Source of the DNA: Anthoceros angustus
Taxonomy: Eukaryota; Plantae; Anthocerotophyta
Assembly: GCA_010909165.1 (NCBI GenBank)
Contig: MU008154.1
Span: 682,001-746,000, forward strand
Direction of reading: 5' to 3'
DNA length: 64,000 nt
Under the pieces are notes generated by a model, which saw nothing but the letters and a program-made list of their open reading frames with translations, ran no database searches and was not told the origin of the DNA. Both the position numbers and the translations under genes were made by a program. Position 1 is the first letter of the stretch. Every line of letters starts with the position of its first letter. Of the stretch, positions 22,511 to 36,500 are shown one piece after another.

Positions 22511-23125
22511 GATGCTTTCTTCGCGAAGTCCTTAATGAACCTCCTATAGTATCCTACCAAACCTATGAAAGCACACACCTGCTTCATGAATTGCCGCAAG
22601 AAATGTCGAAATATGGTATTCACCACTTGTTGAAAAGTAGCTGGGGCGTTGCACAACGCCAAAGGCAGCTTTGAGTAAGCATAAGTGCCCCAATCTGTCG
22701 TGAATGTGGTCTTGTCCTAATCCTCCTTCCTTAGCGAAATTTGATTGTAGCCTGAGTAACCATCGAGAAAGCTATACATCTCATGTCCAACACACTTTCC
22801 ATGAAAGGCAAGGGGTGGTGGTCCTTCTTCGTCACTTTGTTGAGGTTCCTGAAGTCTTGACACAGCCATACCTCTCCTTGCTACTTTTTGGGTACAATTA
22901 CGATCGGGGCTACCCACTCACTGGTAAGCAGAGGGTAGATCACTTTGGCCTCCAAGTACTGGCCTAGCTAGTTCTTGACCACCATAGAATACTTGGGTTT
23001 ATCCTATACTTTGATTCATCGGGATATTGCCTTCTTTCAAATCGATTCGATGTATCCCCAATTCTTCCAGGATTCCTGTCATGTCAGTAATCTTGAAGGC
23101 AAACACATCGACATATTCAAATAGG
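22511..23125 (-). pseudogene. Gypsy reverse transcriptase fragment (duplicated at ~33207-33745)
   Basis: FEYVDVFAF..HRIDLKEG; EWVAPIVIVPKK; YSFLDGYSGYNQI; LCNAPATFQ; GYYRRFIKDFAK. Confidence 0.9.
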
Positions 23126-23214
23126 GACTTAGTAATTAAAGGATGATTCGATAAATAGGTAAATAGGTAAGTAATAGATAGGTAACTTGGGGGCCGGGGA
23201 GGGGGTAAGGTTTT

Positions 23215-23576
23215 GAGATTAAGTCCAATAGAAATCTCGGGGTATGGGGTGAGCTCGGGTAGTGATCGAGCTTATCATGGACCCTCGTTGAGGTGGTAGA
23301 AATAAAACCCAAGTTGGTGTACGCCTATCTACAATTAGAAGCTGTCGTAAAGGAGGATTCGGGAGATGAGGCGAATAGGAAGGTAGCCTCGGAAAGGGAA
23401 AGCCTATGATCGGGATTTTTCCGATGAAGGATGTGGAATAGTGTAAGTAGCGTGTGGAGGAACTTACGATCCGTATGCTATAGAGGATTTAGAGCTGGAA
23501 CCCTGCAAGGTAGTCAAGATTGCTAGGTACTTAGGAGCAATAGAGAAGGAGGAATTCCATAAACTGCTTCTATTTA
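23215..23576 (+). pseudogene. Gypsy protease-RT linker, inverted relative to the adjacent RT (duplicated at 33833-34219)
   Basis: VVKIARYLGAIEKEEFHKLLLF continues naturally into FEYVDVFAF on the opposite strand. Confidence 0.65.
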
Positions 23577-24859
23577 TCTAGCTCATTGGAGTCGGGCGTA
23601 TATAGCTGATTTATCTATTTTCTCGAGGATTTTTCCCTTTCTTTGGTTGTACCCCGTGGGGTAGGCTGATACCTACAATGGTAGGTAGGATGCCTACGGT
23701 GGTAGGCTAGCAGTCTATCATGGTAGGTCCTCACCCTACGGTGGTAGGTGTTGGCTTATAGTGGTAGGTTGCTTACCTACCACAGTAGGCAAACTGCCTA
23801 CCAGCCACCTATGATACCTATTCCCGGTGCTGAAAGGCTGTCTCTACCCATTTTCCTTTCCCAGAATTCCCTTTTCCTTCTCCTTGCGCTATTCTACAAC
23901 TCCAGCTTCAAAAAGGACCAAAAAGTTCCAACATGATTCTTCAATGCCATTCCTAACTGAAAAAAAGTTGGACCTGTTCAAAAATGAACTAACTTGAACC
24001 AGTGGGGAGGGGATTTTATACAAATATATAAAATCCCCTACGATGTTATTGATTTATTAAATAAAATAATAAGGTATATCTATTGTGTACTACCAAAGTG
24101 ACGAGCACTACATAAGGTTTCGTCTGCGGGATGAAGCGCTTCGCTGTGGAGCTTGGGTGGAAGTTTTACAAGCAAGTCTTAGCGCTTGGATGGGAGAGCT
24201 AGAAATGGTTTTGTGTGGAGTGTTGTTGTCGTAGCCAGCGGCATGGATGGCTAGCATTCCGGCTTCTACTCTGTCGTAAATAAAGAGTACCATCTCGTCT
24301 AAGGTGGCCTGCGAGTTGTCAAGGACGGCGGGCTGCTTGGACCTAACACGGTGTTGAGAGGAAGAGATCGTTATCATGCTCTACGAGTAAATTAACAAGA
24401 CCAAAGAGCATGTTGAGAAAAATAGAGCATTGCGAGGTTCCACTTGCGAGTGAAATGGCAAGACCCAAGGCATTGTGTTGAACACGATAATTTTTGAAGG
24501 GGGTTAATAATCTCGAAGGGGGTTTTCCGCAAATAATCTCTGAAGGGGGTTTTTGATGGGCCCTAAAATGCTTTTGAAGGCATTCGAAAAATTCAAAAAG
24601 GGTGTCACCCAAAAAAGTTACTACTTTCCATCTAGCAATGTTTTGGCCAATGGTGGTCGCAAACCCAACCTAGGGAAATAATGCAAAGTAGGAACGGTGG
24701 AGGAAGGCCGCTCACGCCGGCAAGAACGATCAGAACTCGCTTTTGGGATGGAAATGTGGTTTTGTTATGACACCACAAAAGCCACGTGGTATTTCCAACA
24801 CGTAAACATCAAGAACGGACTTACAACATTAACTCGGGACCCCGAAAACGAGATTTCGC

Positions 24860-25670
24860 CACTCATCCCCGTAGTTCAATCCATCGTCATCACTTGGTCC
24901 AAATTTTCTCCTCCATTGTCATCACTATCTTCAGACACTTTCACTCGCAGTTGTATGAAGCCACGCAACTCGCAGCTTATCCCTTATCGCTTTTGTCCAC
25001 CGTGACATGATGTTTCCGTATGCTCAACACAAACCCATAATAGATGACTGCTTTATCTACAAATACCTCAGTATGTTTTTAGGTAATGGATCTTATTCCC
25101 TTTTTCCTAAGATTGGACCGATGGGTTACCACCTGACTATGTGTTCTCGCACATATCTCCCTTCATACGCATCTATGTGCTCGGTCCGATACTAGTGGAT
25201 AAGAAAGTGAGGTCGTGGTGCTTAGCTTCAATGACCTCCCCAATCCGTAATGCTATGCATGTCCGTATTGCACGGCACCGCCGTAAACATCCTCTCGGAT
25301 TGCTATGTCCCCATTCATCCGTGCCATTTCCGCAGCTTGCCTTCCCGCATTTTGATATGCCCCCAAATACATATCACGCGTGGAGGTCCTCAATAATGCC
25401 TCATCTAGCAAAGCTTCATCCGCACTTGAAGTGGTCAGGTATGATCCACTGCACGTGAAAACCACTTCCAAGGACGTGTAGCACTAGCCCAATGTTATTC
25501 TCCACAACGATAGCAATCTCCTTCCGTCCAACAAAGGCTTCCCACCACTTATACTCTTCAATACCACCTATGGATGCAAATCTTTTAACCCTTCCCGCAA
25601 ATGGGCCACACCTTCCATCGGTGATAGGATACCCGCTGCCCTTCTTGTCCCCCTAGCTTCACCCAGATGC
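24860..25670 (-). pseudogene. Degenerate coding remnant, probably the C-terminal part of a Sola-like transposase (second copy ~34700-35480)
   Basis: Frameshifted pieces such as EYKWWEAF and VIYYGFVL; the assignment is by resemblance only. Confidence 0.35.
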
Positions 25671-25679
25671 ACCGTAGGA

Positions 25680-26012
25680 TGGCAGGAGGCGCCCGACCGC
25701 GCCTCCCCAAGATGCCGCGCCATGGGCCACGGCCGCCCCTAGCACACCTGCGCCCGGCCCGCCTCCCTAACACCCCATGGGCCGGCCGGCCGCCCAACAC
25801 GCCGCCTGGCGGGCGGCCGGCCTCCTAGCACACGCCACGGCCCCCAGCACCGCCCATGGCCGGGCCGGCCTCCCTAGCACACTGCCATGCGCCACGGCCG
25901 CACGCCGCCACGCCGGCGCGCCCCCACCAACACGCCATGTTTGCCCATGGCCCGGCGCCTCCCTAGCACACACTGCCTACCCATGGGCGCGGCCGGCCCT
26001 CCTCCTAGGCTG
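25680..26012. repeat. GC-rich degenerate tandem repeat (gccggccgcctccctaacac..ccatgg); second copy 35495-35840
   Basis: Repeating ~30-bp units. Confidence 0.8.
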
Positions 26013-28931
26013 TCTTCAAAAATAAATATTTAGCGCCTCAAGAGTAATTCAACCATGGATTGTTGGTCTAGTGTTTGGGAAATAAGTGTAGTAACGAATA
26101 GGTTTCGTGTTCAAACCTCGTGCCTCCTCAGTTCAATTTTGTTGATTTTAAGGATGCTTGCATGGGCGCATGGGCAACTAACTTTGTTCATTTTAAGGAC
26201 GGCATTGCCTTAAAGCCCAAGTGGTTGCATTGAGTGCCGAAGGTTGAAGACCACGATGGCGACCTTTTGGATGAGGGTCGCATGCTAGATGTCAGGTGGC
26301 GACACCGCTGGACCGGGCCCAAGAATGATACTATTGAAGACGAGCAAGCAATGGAGGAGAACGACAACTCGAGGCGGAGGATATGGACCGCCTAATATGG
26401 CGGTGGTACTTGACCCGGCCAAGGCATGGATGAGTCGCCGCACTCTTGAATGGCTATTGTCGATGACCACTTCCTCCTTCAGTTGTTTGTTGCAATGTTC
26501 TCACGACCACTTAAATGAGACTCCCGCTAGTACAAGATTGTTTTCTTGTGGTAGCGATATTATATTTATATTTGGTATTTTCTTTTGTGGTATCTTTGAA
26601 TTTCTTTCACGCTTATATTGGTCCATCTTAGTAACAAAATGGCAGCCCTCTATGCATTCTACTAAACGAACGGGCCCACACCCCATCGTGCTCAGCTCGG
26701 TGTAGACTTGAAAGTGCATCTTTATCAAAGATATGACCTCGTAAAGGGTGTGTGCATTATCAAAGTAGGGCACATATGTCGCTCTAGGTAAGGTGTTCTT
26801 CGTGACAAGGTGTCTCAAGGGGCCGCGATATCCCCCTTCAAAAATTATCGTGTTGTTGCTTCCACCTGTCACAATCATAGTGGTTGCGCAGTAGAGGGTG
26901 TCATTCATATGATGTGTCATTCATATGATATTTTGTTTCTTGAAGAAGAAGAAGAAGACTAGAAAGGTACAGAAAGAAGGCAACTATACACCTAGTTTCT
27001 ATGCAACTTTTATAATTTAACTCATTCTTGAGTGTCTCTTTGTCCTAGTTTCTTCCATACGATGTTGGTAGGATTCTACAACGCTTTTCTTGCATATTTC
27101 CACTCGCCAAAGGGTATAGCTTTACAACCATCTTGTGCAACTTCCCGCTTTTTCTCGAGAACCCAACATCGCCTCCGAATATTATTCTAGGCATCAAGAC
27201 TTTGTTTTCGCTTTCACATTGATCCGACACTGCTCACCATGAGGTTTCACAAAGCAGCCTATAAGAGGAAGCGATTGAGCATAGAATGCAGACATCGCTA
27301 GAATATTCGCCTTGAACTAGATTATGGTCACATATTTAAATTTCTATTGTGCATTTCATTCGTATAGCCTTGTGCCTCTCTTACAACAAGTGGGCGTAAG
27401 GCTTTTCATAGTAGCGGGCCCCGTAGGACTTTTTACAACAAGTGGCCCCGTAGGGCCTTTTACAATAGGCGGACCCATAGGGCTTTGGCTTGGGCCCAGC
27501 TCCAAGTGCACACCATACCACTTTCGTTCTCGCATTGCGGCGAATCAAGAAGAGCATCGTGTCAAGGAAGATATTATTGTGCCAAATGTCTAAGAAACAA
27601 AGTCTTGTAGGATTCTAGCGAGAGTATAGTCTTAGGATTGACTATGAGTGAAAGGTTGATGCGCAAACAAGTTTGCACACCAAAATCACAAAGAAGCCCT
27701 AAACACTCTAAATGTTTGTACACGCATGGATTGTGAGAATGACCTTCTTTAGGAAGGCTCAAAATTGGATAAAATTGAAAATCAATCGCTTTGTGCACAC
27801 GTAAACAAGACCTAAACTATTCAAAATGGTCTTTTAGTGCGGATTTTTAGCATGCAATTTGGGGTTTAGAAGTGGTGCAAAAGGTGGAGAAACCCCTTTC
27901 TACCCGACGCTATTACCGGTAGAAACCCATGGGAGTTAATGATATCGATCCCCGCTCCTTCTTGTCCCGGTGGTAACATTAACATCAAGGCGATGGCGCG
28001 TGCATTGAACTTGAGAATTTATGGTCTTGGTAATGACATGGTAAAGGAACTCTCCGCAATTGCATACTTGGGTTCTCTTCATGACTTACCGTTTTGCAGC
28101 GATACCATAGGGGAGTTTGACAGCAATCGACCCCAACGTCACAATGTGGTGTCTCCGATGAGCTCCCGTGAGGGAACTTCACAGGTCAGTTTCTTCTCTC
28201 CTTTCTCATACATGGGACGGAAAGGAATAATCCAATGGGTGGGGACAAAAGACACATGATTAGTATATGCGCTGGCGAAGAAAAACCCATGGAGTTAATG
28301 ATATCGATCTACTCCTTCTTGTCTGGTGGTAACACAATATCAAGGCGACGTTTCTTGCATTGAACTTGAGAATTTATGGTCTTGGTAATGACATTGTTGC
28401 ACCACTTGTGGCTGCAAAGGAGTTTCTCAATAGGCTAGAGGTCGATGTGGTCGTTGCTCGAGCCTTGGCTTGGAAAGGATGGTAGAGACCGCATGATTAT
28501 GACTTTTCACTCCATGGATGATCGCTGTTATGAAGGCTAGGTCTATGTTAGACGACTCGCTATATATCAATCGATCTTACACCATTGCAATGGAAGATTA
28601 AGAAGGAGAAGTTTGAGCTGCCTGCAAAGTCACTTTCTTTCATGGGGATGAATTTGTGGTGTTTAGCCCTCGCTCATGCATTTCATTAACATTATTGATT
28701 GATTGAAGATTATTTGTCTTGTTTGAATTTTACCTTTGCATTCGTAGACCATTTTACCGCAATCTATGTAGTTGCCATATTTCAATCCTATGACAAGATG
28801 TCCTTAGTGGACTTGAATAAATTTCTTCATCTTCTTCATCTTCTTCTTGTTGTTCTTGTTGTTGTTGTTCTTCTTCTCTTCTTCATCTTCTTCTTCTTCC
28901 TCTTTCTTCTTCTTCTTCTCTTCTTCTTCTT

Positions 28932-28963
<32 letters not shown>

Positions 28964-29634
28964 AAGTTAATTGTATTTAGAAAACTATGAAACTTCTTCA
29001 CCTCTAGGTATTGTATGTATACATGTTTAGTATAGTGATTATTTTTCACTAGCATAGTAAATAAAAATTATTTATTTAATTATTTATGTATGCTATTCTT
29101 TGCAACTTCACCCTTGTTGTGCCGGGCGCGACCTCTCTTAATTGGTGTTGAGCTTGATGCGCCTCAATCTTTTCTTGCGACAAGGCAGTTGTCCTAGTTT
29201 CTTCTTCTTTCAGCGGCCTTGCTATCTCTCGGGTAGCGGCCCTCACCTCCTTAGAGGAAGAAGACATGTTGATCACTTATTCAAGCAACTCTCTAACAAG
29301 GATCTGAGTGTAAAAGGGTGAACAACGTTATCACGCACCGTCTTTAATGGCTTTTGGGCTGCGTGGTCCATTAAGTGCCGTAAGAGTTTTAGGGCATAAC
29401 GCAGTAGAAACGAGGCACTCACGGTGAGAGTTGGCATTGGCATCGTGGGCGAAGGGGAGCTAGTAGTCGACTGTGAAATAAATCTCCAAATGATCAACAA
29501 GTGGGAGTGAAGAAGTATAGTGATTATTTTTCACTAGCATAGTAAATAAAAATTATTTATGTATGCTATTCTTTGCAACAACAAAGAAACATACAACCAT
29601 ATTACATACATATCGGCCCTTCTTGTTTCCACCT

Positions 29635-30562
29635 TTAAATTTGCATCTGACTAAATTGTGCTAACATGAAGTCTTGCGATATGCAATCTCGCATCACTTG
29701 ACCATGGTACACATCTAGCTCCGCATCCAAGACCTCTGACTATTATGGCGGAGGTCTCCTCCTCTTCCTATAACATGTGCCGCCACACTCCCATTTGGGG
29801 GTCGTTGGTTCGCTTGTATTATCATTCGCATATCAATTGCCTCAATGGTCATTGGTTTGCCATCAAGATCAAGTGGTTGTTTGGCTTAGTGGTTCACGAG
29901 CTCTGAAGAGAACCACAATAATAGAAGGTTGCAACAAAGTCGGCTCAAGTATCACAAAGTTAGAGACTTCAACTTAAACTGAGACAAGATCAAACAACAA
30001 AATCCAAATGTAAAATTGAAGTTCAAAACCGCCCAATCATATATCGACAAGCTAGGCACAAGTAACACTAAATATGCACAAGTTCCACTAAGTACTTAAG
30101 CATCTAACGCACACCAAAGTGTGTAGTTACAAACCTTGGAGGTTAAGTAGGGTATTCTTGCTACACGGTTAAAGTCGTCAACACTCCGAGCCCGCCGAGA
30201 ACCTCGTCCTTGGCCAGCATTCGTCCGCATTGGATGAGCACCGCCACGCCTTGCTTTTCTTTTATTGAGCTTGATCAAGTCATCAAGACTCAATTTTTCC
30301 TTAGCTGCAACGGTTCCATACATATGGTGACCGCCAGTGGTCCTTTGCCTTAAGCTTGATCAAGTCATGCTTATTCTTTTATTGAGCTTGATCAAGTCAT
30401 CAAGACTCAATTGCCTTCCTTAGCGCGCGGTTTCATGCATGTGCCTTAAGCTTGATCAAGTCATCCACATTCTTTTATTGAGCTTGATCAAGTCAAGACT
30501 TAGATGACCACAACGTTGTCTTAGGTCCTCGAGCAACTCATTATTGCTTGCGAGGAATTCAT
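29635..30562 (-). pseudogene. ALY/REF (THOC4)-derived gene, copy A (indel-rich)
   Basis: KLSLDDLIKLNKRKARRGG..PYLTSK plus the downstream exon with LDAELDVYH. Confidence 0.7.
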
Positions 30563-33500
30563 TATTGCTTGGATGTTTGTGCTCTATAATGTATTTAAAA
30601 TTGGTCAATATGGATTATTTTGTGAAAATATATTCAACCGTGGTGGTTGCTCAATATCCTAGGCAATTGTTAGGAGTTCTGAGGTGGAACCCATTGATGA
30701 GCATACGACCACTTATTGTTTGATAGATGTTCAATTTTATAGACCACTTATTGTTTGATAGATGTTCAATTTTATAGACCACTTATTGTTTGATAGATGT
30801 TCAATTTTATAGACCACTTATTGTTTAGATGTTCAATTTTTCACCACTTATTGTTTGATAGATGTTCAATTTCACCACTTATTGTTTGATAGATGTTCAA
30901 TTTTATAGACCACTTATTGTTTGATAGATGTTCAATTTTACGAGCACTTATTGTTTGATAGATGTTCAATTTTATACACCACTTATTGTTTGATAGATCG
31001 AGGTGGAGCGTGAGGATGAGCAACTTAACAAACCACTTCTTGTTAGGCTTTCCTAAGGTGCAACGTTGCGGTGGGCAACTCAACCAACCACTTAGATGAT
31101 GGCCTTTATAGATGACCTTGAATACTAGATACTATCAGGATATTTGATATTTCCTTTCTAGCATCTTCAAATTGTTTTTTCTTGTGATAGGTACTATAAA
31201 TGGATATTTGATATTTCCTTTATGCACGTTCAAGTTGTTTTTCTTGTACATACTATTAATGGATATATGATATTTCCTTTCCTGTTCTAATTGTTTTCTT
31301 GTGGTAGCGATATTATATTTATATTTGGTATTTCTTGTGGTATCTTTGAATTTCTTTCACTATTTATTGGTCCATCTTAGTAACAAAATGGCATGGTTGT
31401 GCAACTAATTAAGTCTCTCCTTGCCTTCTTAAATCACTTTGTTGAGGTTCCCAAGTCTTGACACACATACCTCTCCTTGCTACTTTTTGGGTACAATTAC
31501 GTGGGCTACCCACTCCGTAAGAGGGTAGATCACTTTGGCCTCCAAGTACTGGCCTAGCTAGTTCTTGACCACCATAGAATACTTGGGGTTTATCCTATAC
31601 TTTGATTCTTCAGGGATATTGCCTTCTTAATGTACAACATGTCAATTGAGAACTAAACTACACCAAATCTTGTAGGAATAGAAGTTGATGTGGGAAATAG
31701 TTACCACGTGATTAGACAAAGGCATTTGTTTGGTTCCTTGATGAACTTTGTGGCGTGAACTAAGCAATGTCATGCCTAACACTTCAGCCCAAATGTGGTA
31801 ACATGGTCATAGTTTTAACCTTATTAATGTTATGAATTGCGTGCTAAACTTACGTCAACTTAAGGCTGGCCTTGATTGCCACGAACCTTTATGTTGAAGC
31901 TCACGATGGCCTCCCAAAGCGCTTCTTACTAAGGGCTGTCCATGGCATTCAAACCTTCATCAAAAGGAGCCATTCAGATATCTAGTTTGGCACGAAATCT
32001 TTATCAAGGTGCCCAATATTGCAAGGTGCAAGCGGCAATTAGGAGACCCCAATACTTTAGTGTAGATGAGACCATCCAATTTGTACACCTTTGACATAAA
32101 GAACTACTCATCATATTATGATTTCAAGGACTATCAAACTACGTGAGGCGAAAACAAACCTAGACTTGTAGGATAAGAGGTTAGTCGTGAGAGACTTTGC
32201 GTTGTGGAATAGCGGGGTTTGACCTACTTTGGGCTTTTCTTGTGAATACATAAGCATTGGGATTCTCATCTTATCTCCATTTTCAAATTTCATGGCCAAA
32301 GCGGAAAAAAAAATTACTACAATAATATAAATTAAACCACTAGCACAACAAAATTAAGGCATAATAAAGCAAAAAAGAATAAAACATAAAACATAAAACA
32401 AAACAAAACCTCAAACAACAGTACAAAACAATAGAAGAACCTTGTGCATCTTTTGAATCTTTAGACATTTGGCTTGGGCTCGATATCGATCCCCGCCACC
32501 TCACGTGGTAACACTTTGCTCAGGCGGCGGTGCTGTGTCATTGAACGAGGTATGGTCTTATGACATTGTTGCACCATGGCTGCAAAGGAGTTCTCAATAG
32601 GCTAGAGGTCGATGTGGTGGTGCTCGAGCCTTCAGTGAAAGGATCTGTAGAGACCGCTGATTATGACTTTTCACTCCATGGATGATCGCCTCCAGTTATG
32701 AAGGCTAGGTCTATGTTACAGACGACTCGGTTATATATCACGATCTTACACCATTGCAATGGAAGATTAAGAAGGAGAAGTTACCTTGAGGAATTTTCGT
32801 CTTTTTAGTCACGCTTTTCTTTCATGGGGATGAATTTGTGGTGTTTAGCCCTGTTCATGCATTTCATTAACATTATTGATTGATTGAAGATTATTTGTCT
32901 TGTTTGAATTTTACCTTTGCATTCGTCTGACCATTTTACAATAATCTATGGTTGCCATATTTCAATCCTATAGATCAGTCCTTAGTGGACTTGAATAAAT
33001 TTCTTCTTCTTCCTCTTCATCTTCTTCATTTGTTCTTCTTCTTGTTCTTCTTTTCATCTTCTTCTCGCATCTTCTTCTTCTTCCATTATTAATTGTATTT
33101 AGAAAACTATGAAACTTCTTCACCTCTAGGTATTGTATGTATACATGTTTAGTATAGTGATTATTTTCACTAGCATAGTAAATAAAAATTATTTATTTAA
33201 TTATTTATGAAAGCACACACCGCTTCATGAATTGCAAGAAATGTCAAATATGGTATTCACCACTTGTTGAAAAGTAGTTACGCCAAAGGCTTTGAGTAAG
33301 CATAAGTGCCCCAACTCGTGAATGTGGTCTTGTCCTAATCCTCCTTCCTTAGCGAAATTTGATTGTAGCCCGAGTAACCATCGAAAGCTATACATCTCAT
33401 GTCCAACACACTTTCCATGAAAGGCAAGGGGTGGTGGTCCTTCTTCGTCACTTTGTTGAGGTTCCTGAAGTCTTGACACAGCCATACCTCTCCTTGCTAC

Positions 33501-36500
33501 TTTTTGGGTACAATTACGATCGGGGCTACCCACTCACTGGTAAGCAGAGGGTAGATCACTTTGGCCTCCAAGTACTGGCCTAGCTAGTTCTTGACCACCA
33601 TAGAATACTTGGGTTTATCCTATACTTCTTGATTCTTACTGGGATATTGCCTTCTTTCAAATCGATTCGATGTATCCCCAATTCTTCCAGGATTCCTGTC
33701 ATGTCAGTAATCTTGAAGGCAAACACATCGACATATTCAAATAGGGACTTAGTAATTAAAGGATGATTCGATAAATAGGTAAATAGGTAAGTAATAGATA
33801 GGTAACTTGGGGGGCGGGGAGGGGGTAAGGTTTTGAGATTAAGTCCAATAGAAATCTCGGGGGGTATGGGGGTGAGCTCTTCGGGTAGTGATCGAGCTTA
33901 CCGCGGACCCTCAGTTGAGGTGGTAGAAATAAAACCCAAGTTGGTGTACGCCTATCTACAATTAGAAGCTGTCGTAAAGGAGGATTCGGGAGATGAGGCG
34001 AATAGGGAAGGGGTAGCCTTCTGGAAAGGGAAAGCCTATGATCGGGATTTTCCCGATGAAGGATCAGGGAATAGTGTAAGTAGCAGTGTGGAGGGAACTT
34101 ACGTAGATCCAGATGCTATAGAGGATTTAGAGCTGGAACCCTGCAAGGTAGTCAAGATTGCTAGGTACTTAGGAGCAATAGAGAAGGAGGAATTCCATAA
34201 ACTGCTTCTATTTATCTAGCTCATTGGAGTCGGGCGTATATAGCTGATTTATCTATTTTCTCGAGGATTTTTCCCTTTCTTTGGTTGTACCCCGTGGGGT
34301 AGGCTGATACCTACAATGGTAGGTAGGATGCCTACGGTGGTAGGCTAGCGATCTATCATGGTAGGTCCTCGAGCAACTCATAATTATTGCTTGGTCGCGA
34401 GGAATTCATTATTGCTTGGATGGGAGAGCTAGAAATGGTTGTGTGGAGTGTTGTTGTCGTAGCCAGCGGCATGGATGGCTAGCATTCGCTTCTACTACTC
34501 GTAAATAAAGAGTACCATCTCGTCTAAGGTGGCTCATGAGTTGTCAAGGGCGGCTGCTTGGACCTAACACTTCAGCCCAAATGTGGTTTTGTTATGACAC
34601 CACAAAAGCCACGGACGGTATTTCCTAACACGAAACATCGACAAGGACTTACAACATTAACTCTGGGACCCGGGAAAAAGCAGATTTCGGTTCACTCATC
34701 CCGAGTTCAATCCATCGTCATCACTTGGTCCGACTTCTCCTCCATTGTCATCACTATCTTGATGACACTTCACTCGCAGTTGTATGAAGCCAACTCATGA
34801 GCTTATCCCTTATCGCTTTTTGTCCACCATACAGATGTTTTCGTTCAACACAAACCCATGTCTAGGATGGTTTCATTCACAAATACCTCACTGTATGTTT
34901 TTAGGTAATGGATCTTATTCCCTTTTTCCTCGGCATTGGACGGATGGGTTACCACTCTGGCGGACTATGTGTTCTGCACATATCTCCTTCATACGCATCT
35001 ATGTGCTCGGTCCGATACTAGTGGATAAGAAAGTGAGGTCGTGGTGCGTTTAGCTTCACGTCAATGACCTCCCAATCCGAATGGCTATTATGCATGTCCG
35101 TATTGCGCAGCCTTTGAAACATCCCTCTCGGTTCCGTTATGTCCCCATTCATCCGTGCCATTTCCGGTTGCCTTCCGCATTTTGATATGCCCCAATACAT
35201 ATCACGTGGGAGGTCCCTCAATAATGCCTCATCTAGCAAAGCTTCATCCGCACTTGAAGTGGTCATGATCCACTTACGTGAAAACCACTTCCAAGGGCTA
35301 GCACTAGCCCAATGTTATTCTCCACAATGATAGCAATCTCCTTCCGGTCCAAGGCTTCCCACCACTTATACTCTTGATCCTATGGATGCAATCTTTTAAC
35401 CCTTCACCATACACCTTCCATCGGTGATAGGATACTGCCGTTCCTTCTTGTCCCCCCTAGCTTCACCCCGTATGCACCGTAGGATGGTGCTAAGGGCGAT
35501 CGGGCGCCCTCCCCCATCTGCTCATGGGCGGCCGTGGCGCCCTCCCTAACACCGCCCATGGGCGGCCCGGGCCTCCCAACACACCTACCCATGGCGCGGC
35601 CGGCCGCCTAACACGCCACCGCCCATGGCGCCGGGGCGCCTCCCCTAACACCACCCATGGGCGGCCGGCGGCGTCCTCCCCTAACACACCACCCATGGGC
35701 GCCGCGCCTCCCCTAGCACTGCCCATGGGCGTGCGCAACATGCCGTCCTTGGGCGGCCGGCCAGCGCCCCCCAACACGCCATGCCTTGGGCGGCCGGCCT
35801 CCCTAACACCTGCCTACCCATGGGCGCCGGCCCCTCCTCATGTCTTCCAAAATAAATATTTAGCGCCTCAAGAGTAATTCAACCATGGACTGTTGGTCTA
35901 GTGTTTGGGAAATAAGTGTAGGAATAGGTTTCGTGTTCAAACCTCGTGCCTCCTCAAAGTTCAATTTTGTTGATTTTAAGGATGCTTGCATGGGCGCATG
36001 GGCAACTAACTTTGTTCATTTTAAGGACGTTGGCATTGCCTTAAAGCCCAAGTGGTTGCATTGAGTGCGGAAGGTTGAAGACCACGGTGGCGACCTTTTG
36101 GATGAGGGTCGTGGACCCCTAGATCTTGTGTGGCGATCGACACCGTCGGGGGGCCCAAGAATGATACTATTGAAGGCGAGCAAGCAATGGAGGAGAGCGA
36201 CAACGAGGCGGAGGATATGGACCGCCTCCGAATATGGCGGTGGTACTTGACTCGGTTTGGCGCAAGGCATGGATGAGTCGCCGGGCCGCACTCTTGAATG
36301 GCTATTGTCGATCTTGATGACCACTTCCTCCTTAGCGATTGTTGTTGCAATGTTCTCACGACCACTTAAATGAGACTCCGCTTAAGATTGTTTTCATTGT
36401 GTTCCACCACTTGAAAGTAAAAGTTTTCGGTTGTAATAAAACATATGAAAATGGCAGCCCTCTATGCATTCTACTAAAGCATAAGCGGGCCCACCCTCAT

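Noticed and set aside
23655-23810. cctac..ggtagg short palindromic tandem repeats as transposon subterminal repeats
   Set aside because: No matching TIR or partner end could be identified.
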